Shown in pieces: positions 19,697 to 20,000 of a DNA stretch of 20,000 nt. The position numbers and the translations under genes were made by a program. Each line of letters begins with the position of its first letter. Positions within the stretch are counted from its first letter, which is position 1. The notes below the pieces were generated by a model. The model ran no database searches and was not told the origin of the DNA. It was given only the letters and a program-made list of their open reading frames with translations. The DNA is from Atractiella rhizophila (taxonomy: Eukaryota), in assembly GCA_021432655.1 (NCBI GenBank), contig MU271438.1:46027-66026 (forward strand), given 5' to 3'.

Positions 19697-19972
19697 TTAA
19701 GCCTTGGACGACCCCTCTGAAATTTGTTGCATCGCCTCTTGTTGCATTCCTTCTTTCTTCCCATCAATCCAGTTCCTCATCCTCCTTCCATATTTCAATA
19801 CAAGTACAACAAGGCCACATCCGATCCATCCCATTCCGGCAGACATTGCGTTCGCCGGACCTACGCCCACAGCTTTGACGAGAGGGAGAATAGCGGCGCT
19901 GGCCACCGCTGAGAAGAGGTATCGAATGCCGTTGTTCAGTGCTATGACCTCCGCACTATTTTGTTGGGAAAC
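19697..19972 (-). CDS. Last exon of an MFS transporter (DHA1/drug:H+ antiporter-like C-terminus); the rest of the gene lies beyond the right edge
   Basis: After a TTACAG acceptor (19975-19973): VSQQNSAEVIALNNGIRYLFSAVASAAILPLVKAVGVGPANAMSAGMGWIGCGLVVLVLKYGRRMRNWID, resembling TM11-TM12 plus the YG..R tail of fungal MFS drug transporters. Confidence 0.75.
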   Translation of the reverse strand, partial: VSQQNSAEVIALNNGIRYLFSAVASAAILPLVKAVGVGPANAMSAGMGWIGCGLVVLVLKYGRRMRNWIDGKKEGMQQEAMQQISEGSSKA

Positions 19973-20000
19973 CTGTAAGAACCCATCTGTAAGAATGCCT

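Noticed and set aside
1..20000. Global reassignment of TGA to Trp or Sec
   Set aside because: TGA ends RNH1, REV1 and SF3B6 at expected positions, and Trp is otherwise encoded by TGG throughout. The REV1 site aligns to Trp, not Cys.

Overview
Gene-dense eukaryotic (fungal, probably basidiomycete; taxonomy is inference) chromosomal DNA. It has many short (~45-67 nt) GT-AG spliceosomal introns with GTNNG donors, so the supplied ORF track fragments most genes. Manual splicing gives, in order: the 5' part of Nup133 (-), an unknown N-myristoylation-motif protein (+), RNase H1 with a dual-AUG mitochondrial/nuclear layout (+), an intronless PPR-like putative mitochondrial protein (-), translesion polymerase REV1 (+), mitochondrial ribosomal protein uL3m (-), a weak orphan ORF (-), a 12-exon 7-TM orphan receptor-like protein (+), SF3b14/SF3B6 (-) and the last exon of an MFS transporter (-). 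Two observations stand out. (1) An otherwise intact ~1272-codon REV1 carries one in-frame TGA where REV1 BRCT tails usually have Trp, with one or two more candidate in-frame TGAs in neighbouring genes. (2) The unusually long first introns of Nup133 and uL3m share one architecture: a second donor ~40 nt in, an internal cassette or micro-exon ending in GTATGT, and RNA hairpins. No mobile elements, RNA genes or CRISPR arrays could be supported.
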